Notes: generated by a model not told the origin, from the letters alone. DNA of 64,000 bases from an uncultured Candidatus Saccharibacteria bacterium (GCA_964402895.1 CAYODR010000001.1:123002-187001), one strand, 5' to 3'. Counted from the stretch's first letter, positions 1-10,505 are shown. Program-made: numbers and translations.

Positions 1-1
1 C

Positions 2-976
2 TATGGTGTACTTTTCAATCAAATAGTATTAGGACTAGTGGGTGGGGGTATTGCTCTATGGGCTACAAGCTTAATCCCTTATACATTTTGGAGACAAAAT
101 GCATTTTATATATTTCTTGGAACAATTATCTTAACACTTTTAGTATTTACATCTCTTGGATTTTCTCATGGAGGTGCTAGGCGTTGGATATCTCTATTTG
201 GTTTTTCACTACAGCCAGCTGAATTACTTAAAATAGGTACAGTGATATATCTAGCAGCTTGGCTTGCATGGACCAAAAGGAAAAAAGAGGAAATGAAATA
301 CAGGGTTATACCACTACTTGTGATTATAGGACTCGTTGCTTGTACTTTGATTTTTCAACCAGATACAAAGAGTTTGATTTTGATAGTAATGGCGGCTTTT
401 GGTATGTTTTTTGTCTCGGGCGTATCTTGGAAAAAAATGTTTATGCTTGCCGGAGTTCTAGTGATATGTTTTGCCGCTATTGTGATATCTAGACCTTATG
501 TGATGGATAGAGTAAAAACTTTTATAAATCCGGCAGTAGATGCACAGGGATCTTCTTGGCAACTTCAACAAAGCTTGATCGCTATTGGTAGTGGGGGAGT
601 ATTTGGTCGTGGACTAGGTCAAAGTGTACAAAAATTCAGTTACTTACCAGAACCACAAGGCGACTCTATCTTTGCCGTAATAGGAGAAGAGTTTGGATTT
701 ATTGGAAGTACTATTATTGTCACTTTATATATATTCTTAGCTATCAGAGGATTTAGAATAGCCCAAAATGCACCTGATACTTTTGGAAAATATTTGGTCA
801 TAGGATTGATAACATTACTCACAGCTCAATCTTTTATGAATATCCTATCACTTATCGGACTCTTTCCTTTGACTGGCGTACCACTAGTCTTTGTCTCACA
901 CGGAGGTACAGCCTTACTTATCGCCCTAGCTTCCGCTGGAATTATTTTAAATGTTTCAAGACACGCTAAAAAATAA
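2..976 (+). CDS. ftsW: SEDS-family peptidoglycan glycosyltransferase FtsW/RodA. It is 5'-partial: the reading frame is open to the window start.
   Basis: Multi-transmembrane protein with the SEDS motifs ...SLGFSHGGARRWISLFGFSLQPAELLKIG... and ...PEPQGDSIFAVIGEEFGF.... It lies directly upstream of murG. Confidence 0.8.
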   Translation, partial: YGVLFNQIVLGLVGGGIALWATSLIPYTFWRQNAFYIFLGTIILTLLVFTSLGFSHGGARRWISLFGFSLQPAELLKIGTVIYLAAWLAWTKRKKEEMKYRVIPLLVIIGLVACTLIFQPDTKSLILIVMAAFGMFFVSGVSWKKMFMLAGVLVICFAAIVISRPYVMDRVKTFINPAVDAQGSSWQLQQSLIAIGSGGVFGRGLGQSVQKFSYLPEPQGDSIFAVIGEEFGFIGSTIIVTLYIFLAIRGFRIAQNAPDTFGKYLVIGLITLLTAQSFMNILSLIGLFPLTGVPLVFVSHGGTALLIALASAGIILNVSRHAKK

Positions 977-1017
977 CCTATATTTGGACTAGGTAGCAAT
1001 TCTGATATAATAAAACT

Positions 1018-2154
1018 ATGAAAATTTTACTTACAGGCGGTGGAACAGGAGGGCACTTTTATCCACTTATTGCTATTGCAGAAGAAATAAATAAATTGGC
1101 AGATGAAGAAAAGCTTTTAAACCTACAAGTTTTCTATATGTCCGATACCCCTTATGACAAGGAGGCTTTGAGACGACAATTCATTACATATATACCGATC
1201 ACGGCAGGAAAGCTTCGTGTGTATTTTTCTATTCAAAACTTTATTGATATTTTCAAAACCTTCTTTGGTACAATTGGAGCCTTGATAAAAGTCTTTAGAC
1301 TCTATCCCGATGTGGTTATCAGTAAAGGAGGGTATTCAGCTTTTCCTGTACTTATGGCGGCACGAATCCTTCGTATACCTATCATTATTCATGAAAGCGA
1401 TACTGTACCTGGCAGAGTAAATAAATGGTCTGGCAAATTTGCCCAAAGAGTTGCACTTTCGTATCCTGAAGCCGCAAAATACTTTAATGAAAAAAAAGTG
1501 GCAATCACAGGTCAACCCGTTAGAAAAACTATTACATATATCCCAGACACAAAAAGTGCGAAAGAATTCTTTGATCTAGACCCAAACGCTTTGACTATAG
1601 GTATTATTGGAGGATCACAAGGTGCAAAGATTTTAAACGATACTATTACATCAATATTACCTCAACTTTTAAATGAATACCAAGTAATTCACCAAACAGG
1701 AGACAAGACATACGAAGAAACCAAAACTGACGCTAATATCATTTTAGGAGATGATGTTAGAAGAACAAAATATAAAATAATACCATTTTTAAATGAAGTA
1801 CAAACAAAAATGTTTGGAGGAGCATCAGATATTATAATATCTAGAGCGGGATCTGCTCTTTTTGAGATAGCTGCATGGGGGAAACCTTCTATAATAGTTC
1901 CTATCCCGGAAAATAATTCACATGGAGATCATCAAAGAAAAAATGCATACCACTTAGCAAGACGGGGTGCTTGTATAGTGATAGAACAACCAAACCTCAC
2001 AGGAAGCGTACTTTTAAATGAAATAAGGCTTATACTGAACAATCAAACCAGATACGACGCTATGTCAAAACATGCAAAAGAATTTTATAAACCAGATGCA
2101 GCCAGAATGATTGGAGCAGAAGCAATAGATATTGCGCTTGCACATCTTAAATAA
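1018..2154 (+). CDS. murG: UDP-N-acetylglucosamine--N-acetylmuramyl-(pentapeptide) pyrophosphoryl-undecaprenol N-acetylglucosamine transferase (MurG)
   Basis: N-terminal motif LTGGGTGGHFYPLIAIAEE (the GGTGGH signature) and glycosyltransferase family 28 architecture. Positioned after ftsW. Confidence 0.9.
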   Translation: MKILLTGGGTGGHFYPLIAIAEEINKLADEEKLLNLQVFYMSDTPYDKEALRRQFITYIPITAGKLRVYFSIQNFIDIFKTFFGTIGALIKVFRLYPDVVISKGGYSAFPVLMAARILRIPIIIHESDTVPGRVNKWSGKFAQRVALSYPEAAKYFNEKKVAITGQPVRKTITYIPDTKSAKEFFDLDPNALTIGIIGGSQGAKILNDTITSILPQLLNEYQVIHQTGDKTYEETKTDANIILGDDVRRTKYKIIPFLNEVQTKMFGGASDIIISRAGSALFEIAAWGKPSIIVPIPENNSHGDHQRKNAYHLARRGACIVIEQPNLTGSVLLNEIRLILNNQTRYDAMSKHAKEFYKPDAARMIGAEAIDIALAHLK

Positions 2155-2174
2155 AAGTATGTTAAAATAAAAGT

Positions 2175-2507
2175 ATGAAAACGACAATTATTACAATCAT
2201 CATATTGATACTTTTGCTACTGGGAGCTTGGTATGCATTTAATACATTCAATGTCAGCACAACTACAACTCCAACTCCAGAAATAAATACAGAAATATTT
2301 TCCCCTGAAACAGGCGCAGAAGACCAAATGGTAATGTGTCCAGCAGATGTGATGCAATGTCCAGATGGTACCTATGTCGGAAGAACAGCACCAAGTTGTA
2401 GCTTTGCTCCTTGTACTACGACAACAGTACCACCTCCAACTAATTGGCAACCAACTCCACCCCCAGCAACCAATCCGCCAGTTTTTACACCCCCAAACAA
2501 TAAGTAG
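2175..2507 (+). CDS. Small secreted/membrane-anchored Thr/Pro-rich protein, hypothetical
   Basis: N-terminal hydrophobic helix followed by TTTTPTPE...TTTTVPPPTNWQPTPPPATNPP low-complexity sequence. Confidence 0.4.
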   Translation: MKTTIITIIILILLLLGAWYAFNTFNVSTTTTPTPEINTEIFSPETGAEDQMVMCPADVMQCPDGTYVGRTAPSCSFAPCTTTTVPPPTNWQPTPPPATNPPVFTPPNNK

Positions 2508-2532
2508 TAGATAAAAATAGAATCAATTGATT

Positions 2533-3342
2533 CTATTTTTTTAATGAGCCATATTTTTTAGAATATACATAGGTAATTGAAGCTCCTAAGAAAAAAACCT
2601 GTGCTGAGTAATAAATCCAAACAAGTAATACCACTAAGGAACCGAAGCCACTTAATACTGAATTAATCACAACATTATCAATATAAAAACCAATCAAAAT
2701 CCTACCAAAAATAAATAAAAAAGATGTAACAATACCTCCAAAAATTAGCTCCCTTAATGGCAATGACCTAAAAGGTGTAATACCATAAACAAAAATAAAA
2801 AATATGCAACTAAATAAGAAAAAAAGGAAAGAGCTAATCCAAGATGAATGTAAATATATATTTGAAAATATACTAGCTGAAATTAAAAAAATAAAAAGCA
2901 ATGTAAAGATTGGCAATATTGAAAAAGTAATAAATTGACGAGATAGAGATTTTTGAATTCTAGCACCAAAGTCTGATTCTTTTTTTGGACGAAGCTCCCA
3001 AAGAGTATCTAAAGATTCATTCAAAGTATTTAAAAGCTGAACAGTAGCAAAAATCATAGTTATAACCAAGAGAGAAATACTAAAAAAAGTAAAATTTTTA
3101 CTTTCTAGCTCGCTTAAACCAGATGAAATAAAATCACTAGCAGAACCACCGACCAAATTATTTATCTGAGTGATAAAAGCACTTTCTGCAATATCAACAC
3201 CAAATACAAAGCCGGCAACAGAGACCACAACCAAAGAAAGCGGGATTAAAGCAAAAATCATATAATAAGAAATGGCTGCCCCCATTTGAGAGGCTTTTTT
3301 ATTTCTAAAATGTCTAAAACTATCTAAGATAATACTCGTCAT
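2533..3342 (-). CDS. YihY/BrkB-family integral membrane protein
   Basis: N-terminus ...AAISYYMIFALIPLSLVVVSVAGFVFG typical of the YihY (formerly RNase BN) family, with multiple transmembrane segments. Confidence 0.5.
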   Translation of the reverse strand: MTSIILDSFRHFRNKKASQMGAAISYYMIFALIPLSLVVVSVAGFVFGVDIAESAFITQINNLVGGSASDFISSGLSELESKNFTFFSISLLVITMIFATVQLLNTLNESLDTLWELRPKKESDFGARIQKSLSRQFITFSILPIFTLLFIFLISASIFSNIYLHSSWISSFLFFLFSCIFFIFVYGITPFRSLPLRELIFGGIVTSFLFIFGRILIGFYIDNVVINSVLSGFGSLVVLLVWIYYSAQVFFLGASITYVYSKKYGSLKK

Positions 3343-3391
3343 ATTTTATTGATGAATAATTATAACATCTTTACTTTTTTTATAAAACCAC

Positions 3392-4585
3392 TTAATCAAT
3401 AGGTATAAATATAACAAAAACAGTACCGATACCTTCGCTAGAGATAAAATCAATACTGCCATTTAGATATTTTTCTACAATATTTTTAGCAGAATATAAA
3501 CCAATACCAGTGCCTGAATTTTTAAGTGTTTGAAATGGTAAAAAAACTTTTTCTTTAAATTCATTTTTAATCCCACAGCCAGTATCTACTATTTTAAATA
3601 GTAAAAACCCAGAGACCTCAGTACAAGATATTGAAATATTTTTATCTAAAATTCTGTTTGCTAAAACTGCATCAATTGAATTTGAAATTAAAGTTGTTAA
3701 AACTTGTTCAAATAAAATCTCATTACAAAACACTCTAGTATCTGCGTGTATATCTACTTTCAAGCTAATATTATTATTTTTTATTTGAAGCTCAAATAAA
3801 TCTAAAACATTATTCACAATTTCTTGTAAATAAACATCCTTCTTATCTAAAGATAAATTTGTTCGGTCTTTAAGACTAAGCATTAAATTGCTCATCTTTT
3901 TTGCAACAAATATTGCTCTCTCAGTAGATCTTTTAGCAATATCTCTAAATTCTTGATTATCTTCATTTTTTATTCCATCTATAGATAGTGCAATGGTATT
4001 GAGTGGATTCATTAACTCATGAAAAACTCCCGCAGAAATATTTTCAAAATCAGCAACCCTATTTTCATTTAAAAAATGATTATTAACATTTTCTCTATGT
4101 TCTTTATTAAAAATTCTAACGATATAAATAAAGGCTGAGGTTAGAAATATAAAACTAAATAGGGGAATGATTTTTATGTCTCTAAAATTTAAAAGTAAAT
4201 AAACCATAAAAAATAAAATGATTGGGGGATAAATGGTTTTTAATTCTTTTAAGATTATGAAAAATGCAAAACCTAAAAATATACATAGCAAGAAAAATAA
4301 AAAATGATTTATCAAATTTATAGCATATAAAGAAAAGACAAATACCATTAAACTGTTTAATAATATACTTTCTAAAATAGAATACCAAAATCTTTTTAAG
4401 AAAAATAAATACAAAATAGAAGATAAAAAGATTATTGACCCAGACACTATAAAAATTAGTACTTTTAAAAAAGATTCATTAACATACAGAGAAGAGAAGA
4501 ACTTAAAATTAAAAAACGCAACAAAAATAATATAAATAGTAGAGGTAATCGCTATAAAATTTACATTTCTTTTAGTATTCTTCAT
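3392..4585 (-). CDS. Sensor histidine kinase (multi-transmembrane N-terminus, HisKA plus HATPase_c)
   Basis: H-box FHELMNPLNTIAL and a C-terminal G-box GTGIGLYSAKNIVEKY. Located upstream of an OmpR-type regulator. Confidence 0.8.
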   Translation of the reverse strand: MKNTKRNVNFIAITSTIYIIFVAFFNFKFFSSLYVNESFLKVLIFIVSGSIIFLSSILYLFFLKRFWYSILESILLNSLMVFVFSLYAINLINHFLFFLLCIFLGFAFFIILKELKTIYPPIILFFMVYLLLNFRDIKIIPLFSFIFLTSAFIYIVRIFNKEHRENVNNHFLNENRVADFENISAGVFHELMNPLNTIALSIDGIKNEDNQEFRDIAKRSTERAIFVAKKMSNLMLSLKDRTNLSLDKKDVYLQEIVNNVLDLFELQIKNNNISLKVDIHADTRVFCNEILFEQVLTTLISNSIDAVLANRILDKNISISCTEVSGFLLFKIVDTGCGIKNEFKEKVFLPFQTLKNSGTGIGLYSAKNIVEKYLNGSIDFISSEGIGTVFVIFIPID

Positions 4586-4593
4586 TTTTTATT

Positions 4594-5268
4594 TTAATTT
4601 TGTGTTAATGTCAGCATATATCCATAACCTGTTATAGTGCGTATAGTGTTACTGGCTTCTGCTCCTAACTTTTTTCTTAAACTAAAAATGTGAGACTCTA
4701 TTGTTTTTGTAAAGGGGTCGGTTTCTATATCCCAAACATGCTCTAATATATTGTCTTTTGATAAGGCGATATCTTGATGTCGGACCATATATTCAAGTAG
4801 GGCAAATTCTTTATTAGTAAAATGAATATGAGTATCTTTAACAAAAACCTTTCTTCTTAAGAGGTCTATTTTGATATCTCCAATAACTACAGTATTTTCT
4901 ATCATGACTTTGGGCCTTCTTAAATTAGCTTTCACACGCGCTTTTAATTCTGAAAAAGAAAATGGCTTAACAAGATAGTCATCGGCACCAATATTTAGAA
5001 CATCTATCTTTTTTGCTGTTTCAGATACCGCAGAAATAATGATGATAGGGGATACAAAAAATCTTTTCCTTAAAATACTGCATATCTCGGGGGCATCCAT
5101 ATCTGGGAGCATGTAGTCCAGCAGTATTAAATCATAAGAATTAACTGAAGAAATGCTCAAGGCTTTGTTTGCGGTATTTACAATATCAACAGCAAAAGAA
5201 TCATCTTCCAAAAATTTTTTAAGTAATAAAGCAAGATCATTATTATCATCTACAATTAAAACCCTCAT
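4594..5268 (-). CDS. OmpR-family two-component response regulator
   Basis: Receiver domain MRVLIVDDNNDL...LDYMLPDMDAPE and a winged-helix C-terminus ...FTNKEFALLEYMVRHQ.... Confidence 0.85.
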   Translation of the reverse strand: MRVLIVDDNNDLALLLKKFLEDDSFAVDIVNTANKALSISSVNSYDLILLDYMLPDMDAPEICSILRKRFFVSPIIIISAVSETAKKIDVLNIGADDYLVKPFSFSELKARVKANLRRPKVMIENTVVIGDIKIDLLRRKVFVKDTHIHFTNKEFALLEYMVRHQDIALSKDNILEHVWDIETDPFTKTIESHIFSLRKKLGAEASNTIRTITGYGYMLTLTQN

Positions 5269-5379
5269 GACATAAATTATATCTTAAAGAAAAGATAAAA
5301 CCTTATGTCAAAACTGTGGATATGATTTTATTTTATTTTTAAAACTTGCATTTTTTATAAAGTATGATATAATTGGGGT

Positions 5380-5667
5380 ATGACACATATTGATAGAATT
5401 TTGATCATAACTTTTATCGTAGTAGCAATTATTACTCTTTTAGTATTAATATCTACAAGACAGGGGAGAGTAATCTCAACCGATAGAGATATTGTGAGAT
5501 ACAATCAGGCTTCAGTTGGTAATGTAATAAGATATGAAAATACAGTGAGAGCAGTATCATCACCGACAAGGTATACAAATGGTATAAACTCAGCAGCAAC
5601 AACACAATCTTCATATACATATTATACTTATGAAGAGCCCGGACAAGTTTATTATTATTCAAACTAA
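5380..5667 (+). CDS. Hypothetical small protein with an N-terminal membrane anchor
   Basis: ORF with an N-terminal transmembrane segment and a Tyr/Thr-rich C-terminus, followed by a rho-independent terminator. Confidence 0.35.
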   Translation: MTHIDRILIITFIVVAIITLLVLISTRQGRVISTDRDIVRYNQASVGNVIRYENTVRAVSSPTRYTNGINSAATTQSSYTYYTYEEPGQVYYYSN

Positions 5668-5670
5668 CAA

Positions 5671-5699
5671 AAAAACGCATAGCAATATGCGTTTTTTTG
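5671..5699 (+). terminator. Rho-independent terminator (hairpin acgcat/atgcgt followed by a T7 run)
   Basis: aaaaACGCATagcaatATGCGTttttttt, read directly from the sequence. Confidence 0.5.
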
Positions 5700-5717
5700 T
5701 TATCCACAGCATAATAC

Positions 5718-5746
5718 TTGCATGTGAACAATCGTTCACTTATAAT
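5718..5746 (+). promoter_or_regulatory. Sigma-70-like promoter (TTGCAT, 17-nt spacer, TATAAT) with an embedded LexA (Cheo-type) box GAACaatcGTTC
   Basis: Sequence ttgcatgtGAACAATCGTTCacttataat; the GAAC-N4-GTTC palindrome occupies the spacer. A LexA homolog lies about 370 nt downstream. Confidence 0.55.
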
Positions 5747-5800
5747 AGATATAGGTCGTGATATCGTTATTAGCGCAGAAGACCGAATCATTAAAAAAAT

Positions 5801-5986
5801 ATGACACAAACACAATACACAAAAGCAATTCTCAAAGAAATACAAAAACTCAACAAAAAGATAGACGCAAAAATATTAAAAGGTGAAAAGTATAATAACG
5901 AATCACTAAAACATAAAAACTTACTAATGAAGATTCAAGAACAAAGACAATCTTCAATCCTTAATAGACTATTTTTATCATACTAA
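5801..5986 (+). CDS. Small Lys-rich ORF (61 aa) between the SOS box and lexA; possibly the first gene of the LexA-regulated unit
   Basis: Open reading frame only, with no recognised homology. Confidence 0.3.
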   Translation: MTQTQYTKAILKEIQKLNKKIDAKILKGEKYNNESLKHKNLLMKIQEQRQSSILNRLFLSY

Positions 5987-6117
5987 TATGACTCCATTTA
6001 AAAAAGTTTTATCCTCTGAAAAAGAGAAAATCAAATCTATAAGTATTCCGAATCTTATAAATAAAAACTTTGCAAAGACATTTTATACATATACAATAGA
6101 CTCATATAAGACCAAGA

Positions 6118-6717
6118 GTGGTCTATATTCAAAAGTATACAGATAGCATGGAATTGCAAAAATACAAAAACCAAATATTTGATTTTTATCATAAACAAAA
6201 AAGAATGCCTTCTTTTTCTGAGATGGCAAGACTTTTTGGTTTTAAATCTAAAAATGCAGTATCTAGAATTATAGATAAACTTATAGATTTAGATATCATA
6301 TCCAAAGATTTAAATGGCAAAATCATACCAACTAAAAGCTTTAGCGAAATTCCTCTAGTTGGAATGGTTAAGGCAGGTTTTCCAAGTGAAGGAGATCAAT
6401 TGACTGATACTCTCAATATAGAAAGCTATCTAATTCCATCAAAAAGAGATTCTACATATCTACTAGAAGTAGACGGGGATTCAATGATAGATGCACATAT
6501 AGAAGACGGTGATATGGTGATAGCTGAACGCACAAATACAGCTAGAGATGGCGATATAGTAATTGCTCAAGTGGATGGAGAGTTTACTATGAAATATTTA
6601 AGAAAAAATGGCGACAAAATCTGGCTTGAAGCTGCTAATAAAAACTATAAGCCTATTTATCCTAAATACGAATTTCAAATTACTGCGATAGTTCGTGGTG
6701 TTATTAGAAAATACTAA
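6118..6717 (+). CDS. lexA: LexA repressor (S24 peptidase family); the true start may be the internal Met at about 6148
   Basis: N-terminal winged HTH, an Ala-Gly cleavage site (MVKAGFP), the catalytic Ser motif VDGDSM and Lys in FTMKYLRK. Confidence 0.85.
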   Translation: MVYIQKYTDSMELQKYKNQIFDFYHKQKRMPSFSEMARLFGFKSKNAVSRIIDKLIDLDIISKDLNGKIIPTKSFSEIPLVGMVKAGFPSEGDQLTDTLNIESYLIPSKRDSTYLLEVDGDSMIDAHIEDGDMVIAERTNTARDGDIVIAQVDGEFTMKYLRKNGDKIWLEAANKNYKPIYPKYEFQITAIVRGVIRKY

Positions 6718-6755
6718 AAACTACATTTATTCTAATAAAATGCTATAGTGTACGA

Positions 6756-8228
6756 ATGTCAAAAAATGATACTGTTATTCGATTTGAAAATGTATCTTTC
6801 AATCATAGCGATATAAAACCAATATTAGATGATGTAAGCTTCAATATAAGACGCGGGGCTAAAATCACACTTATGGGTCAAAATGGCGCTGGTAAAAGTA
6901 CCTTATTTAAACTTATCACAAGAGAGTACGAAGTAGATGAAGGAAAGATAATTATCGGACAAAATACAAGTATTGCTACAGCTAAACAGGTAATACCTCG
7001 AGAACAAATGACTCAAAGTATTAGAGAGTTTTTTGAATCTTGTTTTACAAAAAAGATATATGATATTGACCCACGCATTACAGAGATACTTTCTGTTGTG
7101 GGACTTCCATATGATGAAGATATTTTTGATAAAAAAATCAATTCTTTTTCTGGTGGACAACAAGCGAGACTATTACTTGCATCAGCTTTAATACAAAATC
7201 CAGATATACTATTGCTTGATGAGCCTACAAACAATCTAGATCACGCAGGAATATCTCATCTGACAAAATTCTTAATAGATTATAAAAAGACTGTAATAGT
7301 GATTTCTCACGATGCAGATTTTTTGAATGCTTTTACTGAAGGAGTTCTTTATCTTGATGTGTACACCAGAAAAATAGAGCAGTATGTAGGAAACTATAAC
7401 AATGTACTGAAAGATATTTCTGCTCGTATAGAAAAAGAAAATATGAAAAATGCACAACTTGCAAAAGAGATTCAAGCTAAGAAAGAAAAGGCGAATCAAT
7501 TTGCTTATAAGGGCGGACAAATGAGACTTGTAGCTAAAAAGATGCGAGAAAAAGCTGAAGAGCTAGAAGAAGAAATAGTAGATGTAAGAAAAGAAGATCG
7601 CACTATTAGACCATTTAAAATACCCGCACAAACTGACACTATCGGAACAATTATGAAAATTGAATCTTTTACTATTTTAAAAAATGGGAAAAGGGTAGAT
7701 AGAAAAGCAAATGTGAATTTACGTAAAAACCATCACCTAATCTTAAAAGGTCCAAATGGTATCGGTAAAAGTACCTTACTTGAATCTCTAGCACAGGGGA
7801 CAGCAAGTGGAGCTAGTATTAGTCGTGGAGTGAGAGTCGGATACTATAGGCAAGACTTCTCAACTCTTGATTTCAATGACACTCCATACGAAGCACTTAA
7901 AAAATCTATGGAAATTTCAGGTGAAAGACCCAAAGAAGAAAAGATAAGAAGTGTAGCAGCAAGCATGCTTATCACTAGCGATATTATTAATACAAAAATA
8001 GGTGCACTTTCAGAAGGACAAAAAGGACTTGTGGCTTTTGCTACACTTGTACTACTTGAACCAGGGTTATTAATCTTAGATGAACCCACCAACCATATAA
8101 ACTTCAGACACCTTCCTGTGATAGCTAAGGCTTTGAGTGAATACACAGGAGCCATGATACTAGTATCTCATGTGCCAGAATTTGTAAAACAAATACGCAT
8201 TGATGAAGTTTTAGATTTAGAAAAATAA
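6756..8228 (+). CDS. ABC-F family ATPase (two ABC domains, no transmembrane domain)
   Basis: Walker A motifs GQNGAGKST and GPNGIGKST, signature LSGGQQ/LSEGQK motifs, and an inter-domain Lys/Glu-rich linker. Confidence 0.85.
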   Translation: MSKNDTVIRFENVSFNHSDIKPILDDVSFNIRRGAKITLMGQNGAGKSTLFKLITREYEVDEGKIIIGQNTSIATAKQVIPREQMTQSIREFFESCFTKKIYDIDPRITEILSVVGLPYDEDIFDKKINSFSGGQQARLLLASALIQNPDILLLDEPTNNLDHAGISHLTKFLIDYKKTVIVISHDADFLNAFTEGVLYLDVYTRKIEQYVGNYNNVLKDISARIEKENMKNAQLAKEIQAKKEKANQFAYKGGQMRLVAKKMREKAEELEEEIVDVRKEDRTIRPFKIPAQTDTIGTIMKIESFTILKNGKRVDRKANVNLRKNHHLILKGPNGIGKSTLLESLAQGTASGASISRGVRVGYYRQDFSTLDFNDTPYEALKKSMEISGERPKEEKIRSVAASMLITSDIINTKIGALSEGQKGLVAFATLVLLEPGLLILDEPTNHINFRHLPVIAKALSEYTGAMILVSHVPEFVKQIRIDEVLDLEK

Positions 8229-8230
8229 AA

Positions 8231-8270
8231 AAACCTACATATTTTTAATAAATAATGTAGGTTTTAAAAA
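8231..8270 (+). terminator. Rho-independent terminator hairpin aaacctacat/atgtaggttt
   Basis: Perfect 10-bp stem followed by a T-run, located after the ABC-F stop codon. Confidence 0.5.
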
Positions 8271-8315
8271 ATTCTTTACCAATAACCAATAAAAAGAAAT
8301 CTTTTGTTATTTAGA

Positions 8316-8744
8316 TTATTTTTTATTAATAATATCATCGCGCAACGAAAGAACTGACCCAGAAATCGACCCGACAAAAAATCCCAAAATAAATCCATAA
8401 AAATTAACAGAGATAATTGCCCAAGCAAGTGCAAAAAAAAGTGAAAGTATTAAACTGCCAATGATATCTTTAATCACCTCATCATCTTTATTTAAATTTA
8501 ATTTATAAAATATATTTAGCAAAAGATAAAAATTTATATAAATTAAAATATTAGATATGACAGGAGTCCACACCAGATCGATATCATATATAGTTGCTGT
8601 TTCTGACTTAAGTAACCATATCTCCTTAAATGATGGAAGAATATATCCAATCATTTGGATATATGTAAAAATTCCAAAGCAAATTAGTCCCAGTACATAC
8701 AGTAATGACCGCACGGGTATTGAAAATTTAAGATTCTTTTCCAT
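8316..8744 (-). CDS. Hypothetical integral membrane protein
   Basis: ORF with 3-4 predicted transmembrane helices. Confidence 0.4.
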   Translation of the reverse strand: MEKNLKFSIPVRSLLYVLGLICFGIFTYIQMIGYILPSFKEIWLLKSETATIYDIDLVWTPVISNILIYINFYLLLNIFYKLNLNKDDEVIKDIIGSLILSLFFALAWAIISVNFYGFILGFFVGSISGSVLSLRDDIINKK

Positions 8745-8852
8745 ATTTTTATTTTTTTGTGAAAGATTTTATTTTTTTATCCTATTTGATTGAATATTAG
8801 CATATTTATTAAAAAAGTCAATAGTTTTAAATAATGATGATATATAACATAT

Positions 8853-10103
8853 GTGTATAATATAGGAATGGAAAAGTATGATGTCATCGTAATAGGTGGG
8901 GGAGCAAGCGGAATGATGGCGGCAGGTCATGCATCTAGAAATGGTAAAAAAGTACTTTTGGTTGAGAAAAATAAAAGTCTTGGTGAAAAATTAAAAATCA
9001 CTGGCGGTGGTAGATGTAATATCACAAATGCTGAAGAAAATATCCGTGTATTTATGAAAAACTATGGCAAAGCCGAGCAATTTTTATATTCACCATTTTC
9101 AATATTTGGGGTACCTGAAACTATATCTTTTTTTGAATCTATCGGTATTCCAATAGTAGTTCAAGCTAGAAATAGAGCTTTCCCAAAGACAGAAAAAGCA
9201 TTAGATGTATATAAAGCATTAGAAAGATTTATAACTACAGATAATATCAAAATATTAAAAAATACTTCTGTAAAATCAATTGAAAAAGAAGGGGAACTAA
9301 TAAAGCAGATAAATACTAATAATGGTACATATAAAGCTGATCAATACATACTAGCAACAGGTGGAATGTCGCATCCAGAAACAGGCTCTACTGGAGATGG
9401 TTTTAAATGGCTTAAAGAGCTTGGTCATGATGTAGTTGAGCCCACACCAACAATTGTACCGTTAGCTGTAAAAGAATCTTGGGTACATGAACTTGCTGGG
9501 GTTTCTCTTTCTTTTATGAAAATAACTTTTTTTGTAGATAATAAAAAATCTTTTTCCAAAACCGGAAAAATACTTTTTACACATTTTGGACTTTCTGGTC
9601 CATTGATACTAAATAGTGTCTCTAGTGTTAAGGACTTATTGCATACTGGATTTGTGACCGCACATATTGATACTTATCCTGATACTGATCATAAAACATT
9701 GGAGCAAAAAATAATATCAATTTTTGATAATAATAAAAACAAAGATATTAAAAATATTTTAGATGAAATAGTCCCACACGGAATGCAAAATATTTTTTTC
9801 AAAATCATGCCAACAGTTGATCCAAATACAAAAGTCCATAGTATAAGTAAAGAACAAAGAAAAGAATTGGTATCTCTACTTAAGGCGCTACCAATAACTA
9901 TTACTGGGCTTATGGGTTATGATAGAGCTGTTGTCGCAGACGGTGGAGTACCACTTACAGAAATAAATATGAAAACATTCAAATCTAAAATTGTAAAAAA
10001 TTTATCTATAACAGGGGACTTGCTTCATATAAATAGACCATCCGGGGGGTTCTCGCTTCAATTATGCTGGACTAGTGGCTACATAGCCGGGACAAATACA
10101 TAA
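8853..10103 (+). CDS. HI0933-family NAD(FAD)-utilising dehydrogenase / BaiN-like flavoprotein
   Basis: YDVIVIGGGASGMMAA dinucleotide-binding motif and ...GEKLKITGGGRCNITN typical of the HI0933 family. The start may be the Met of MEKYDV. Confidence 0.8.
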   Translation: MYNIGMEKYDVIVIGGGASGMMAAGHASRNGKKVLLVEKNKSLGEKLKITGGGRCNITNAEENIRVFMKNYGKAEQFLYSPFSIFGVPETISFFESIGIPIVVQARNRAFPKTEKALDVYKALERFITTDNIKILKNTSVKSIEKEGELIKQINTNNGTYKADQYILATGGMSHPETGSTGDGFKWLKELGHDVVEPTPTIVPLAVKESWVHELAGVSLSFMKITFFVDNKKSFSKTGKILFTHFGLSGPLILNSVSSVKDLLHTGFVTAHIDTYPDTDHKTLEQKIISIFDNNKNKDIKNILDEIVPHGMQNIFFKIMPTVDPNTKVHSISKEQRKELVSLLKALPITITGLMGYDRAVVADGGVPLTEINMKTFKSKIVKNLSITGDLLHINRPSGGFSLQLCWTSGYIAGTNT

Positions 10104-10137
10104 ATAAAAATATCCGCTATAAACGGATATTTTTATT

Positions 10138-10344
10138 TTATTCTTCACTAGAGAATGTTTTGTCAATCGTCTTTTTAACTTTTTTAACAAATATAGTTCC
10201 AACTATGAGCAAAATAATTGCAAGGAATAAAAATACATAGAATAGTATTTTTGCAATTCCTAGAGCGATTCCTGAAATAGCACCAAATCCTAAAAGTCCT
10301 GATACGAGTGCAATTACAAGAAAAATTAAACTCCACTTCAGCAT
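10138..10344 (-). CDS. DUF1328-family small membrane protein
   Basis: [43 protein letters not shown] matches the YtjA/DUF1328 pattern. Confidence 0.5.
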   Translation of the reverse strand: MLKWSLIFLVIALVSGLLGFGAISGIALGIAKILFYVFLFLAIILLIVGTIFVKKVKKTIDKTFSSEE

Positions 10345-10505
10345 ATTTAATATAAGATTATATTTATTTGATAAGGGCCATAAGGCTTACTTATATTATA
10401 GTCCCAAACTCTTTTTAAAGACTCATTGACTAATAAATCTATAAATGTTTAAATTATCTCGGAATACTACAAACTAAATCGTGGAACTTTATAAAAAAAC
10501 AAATT

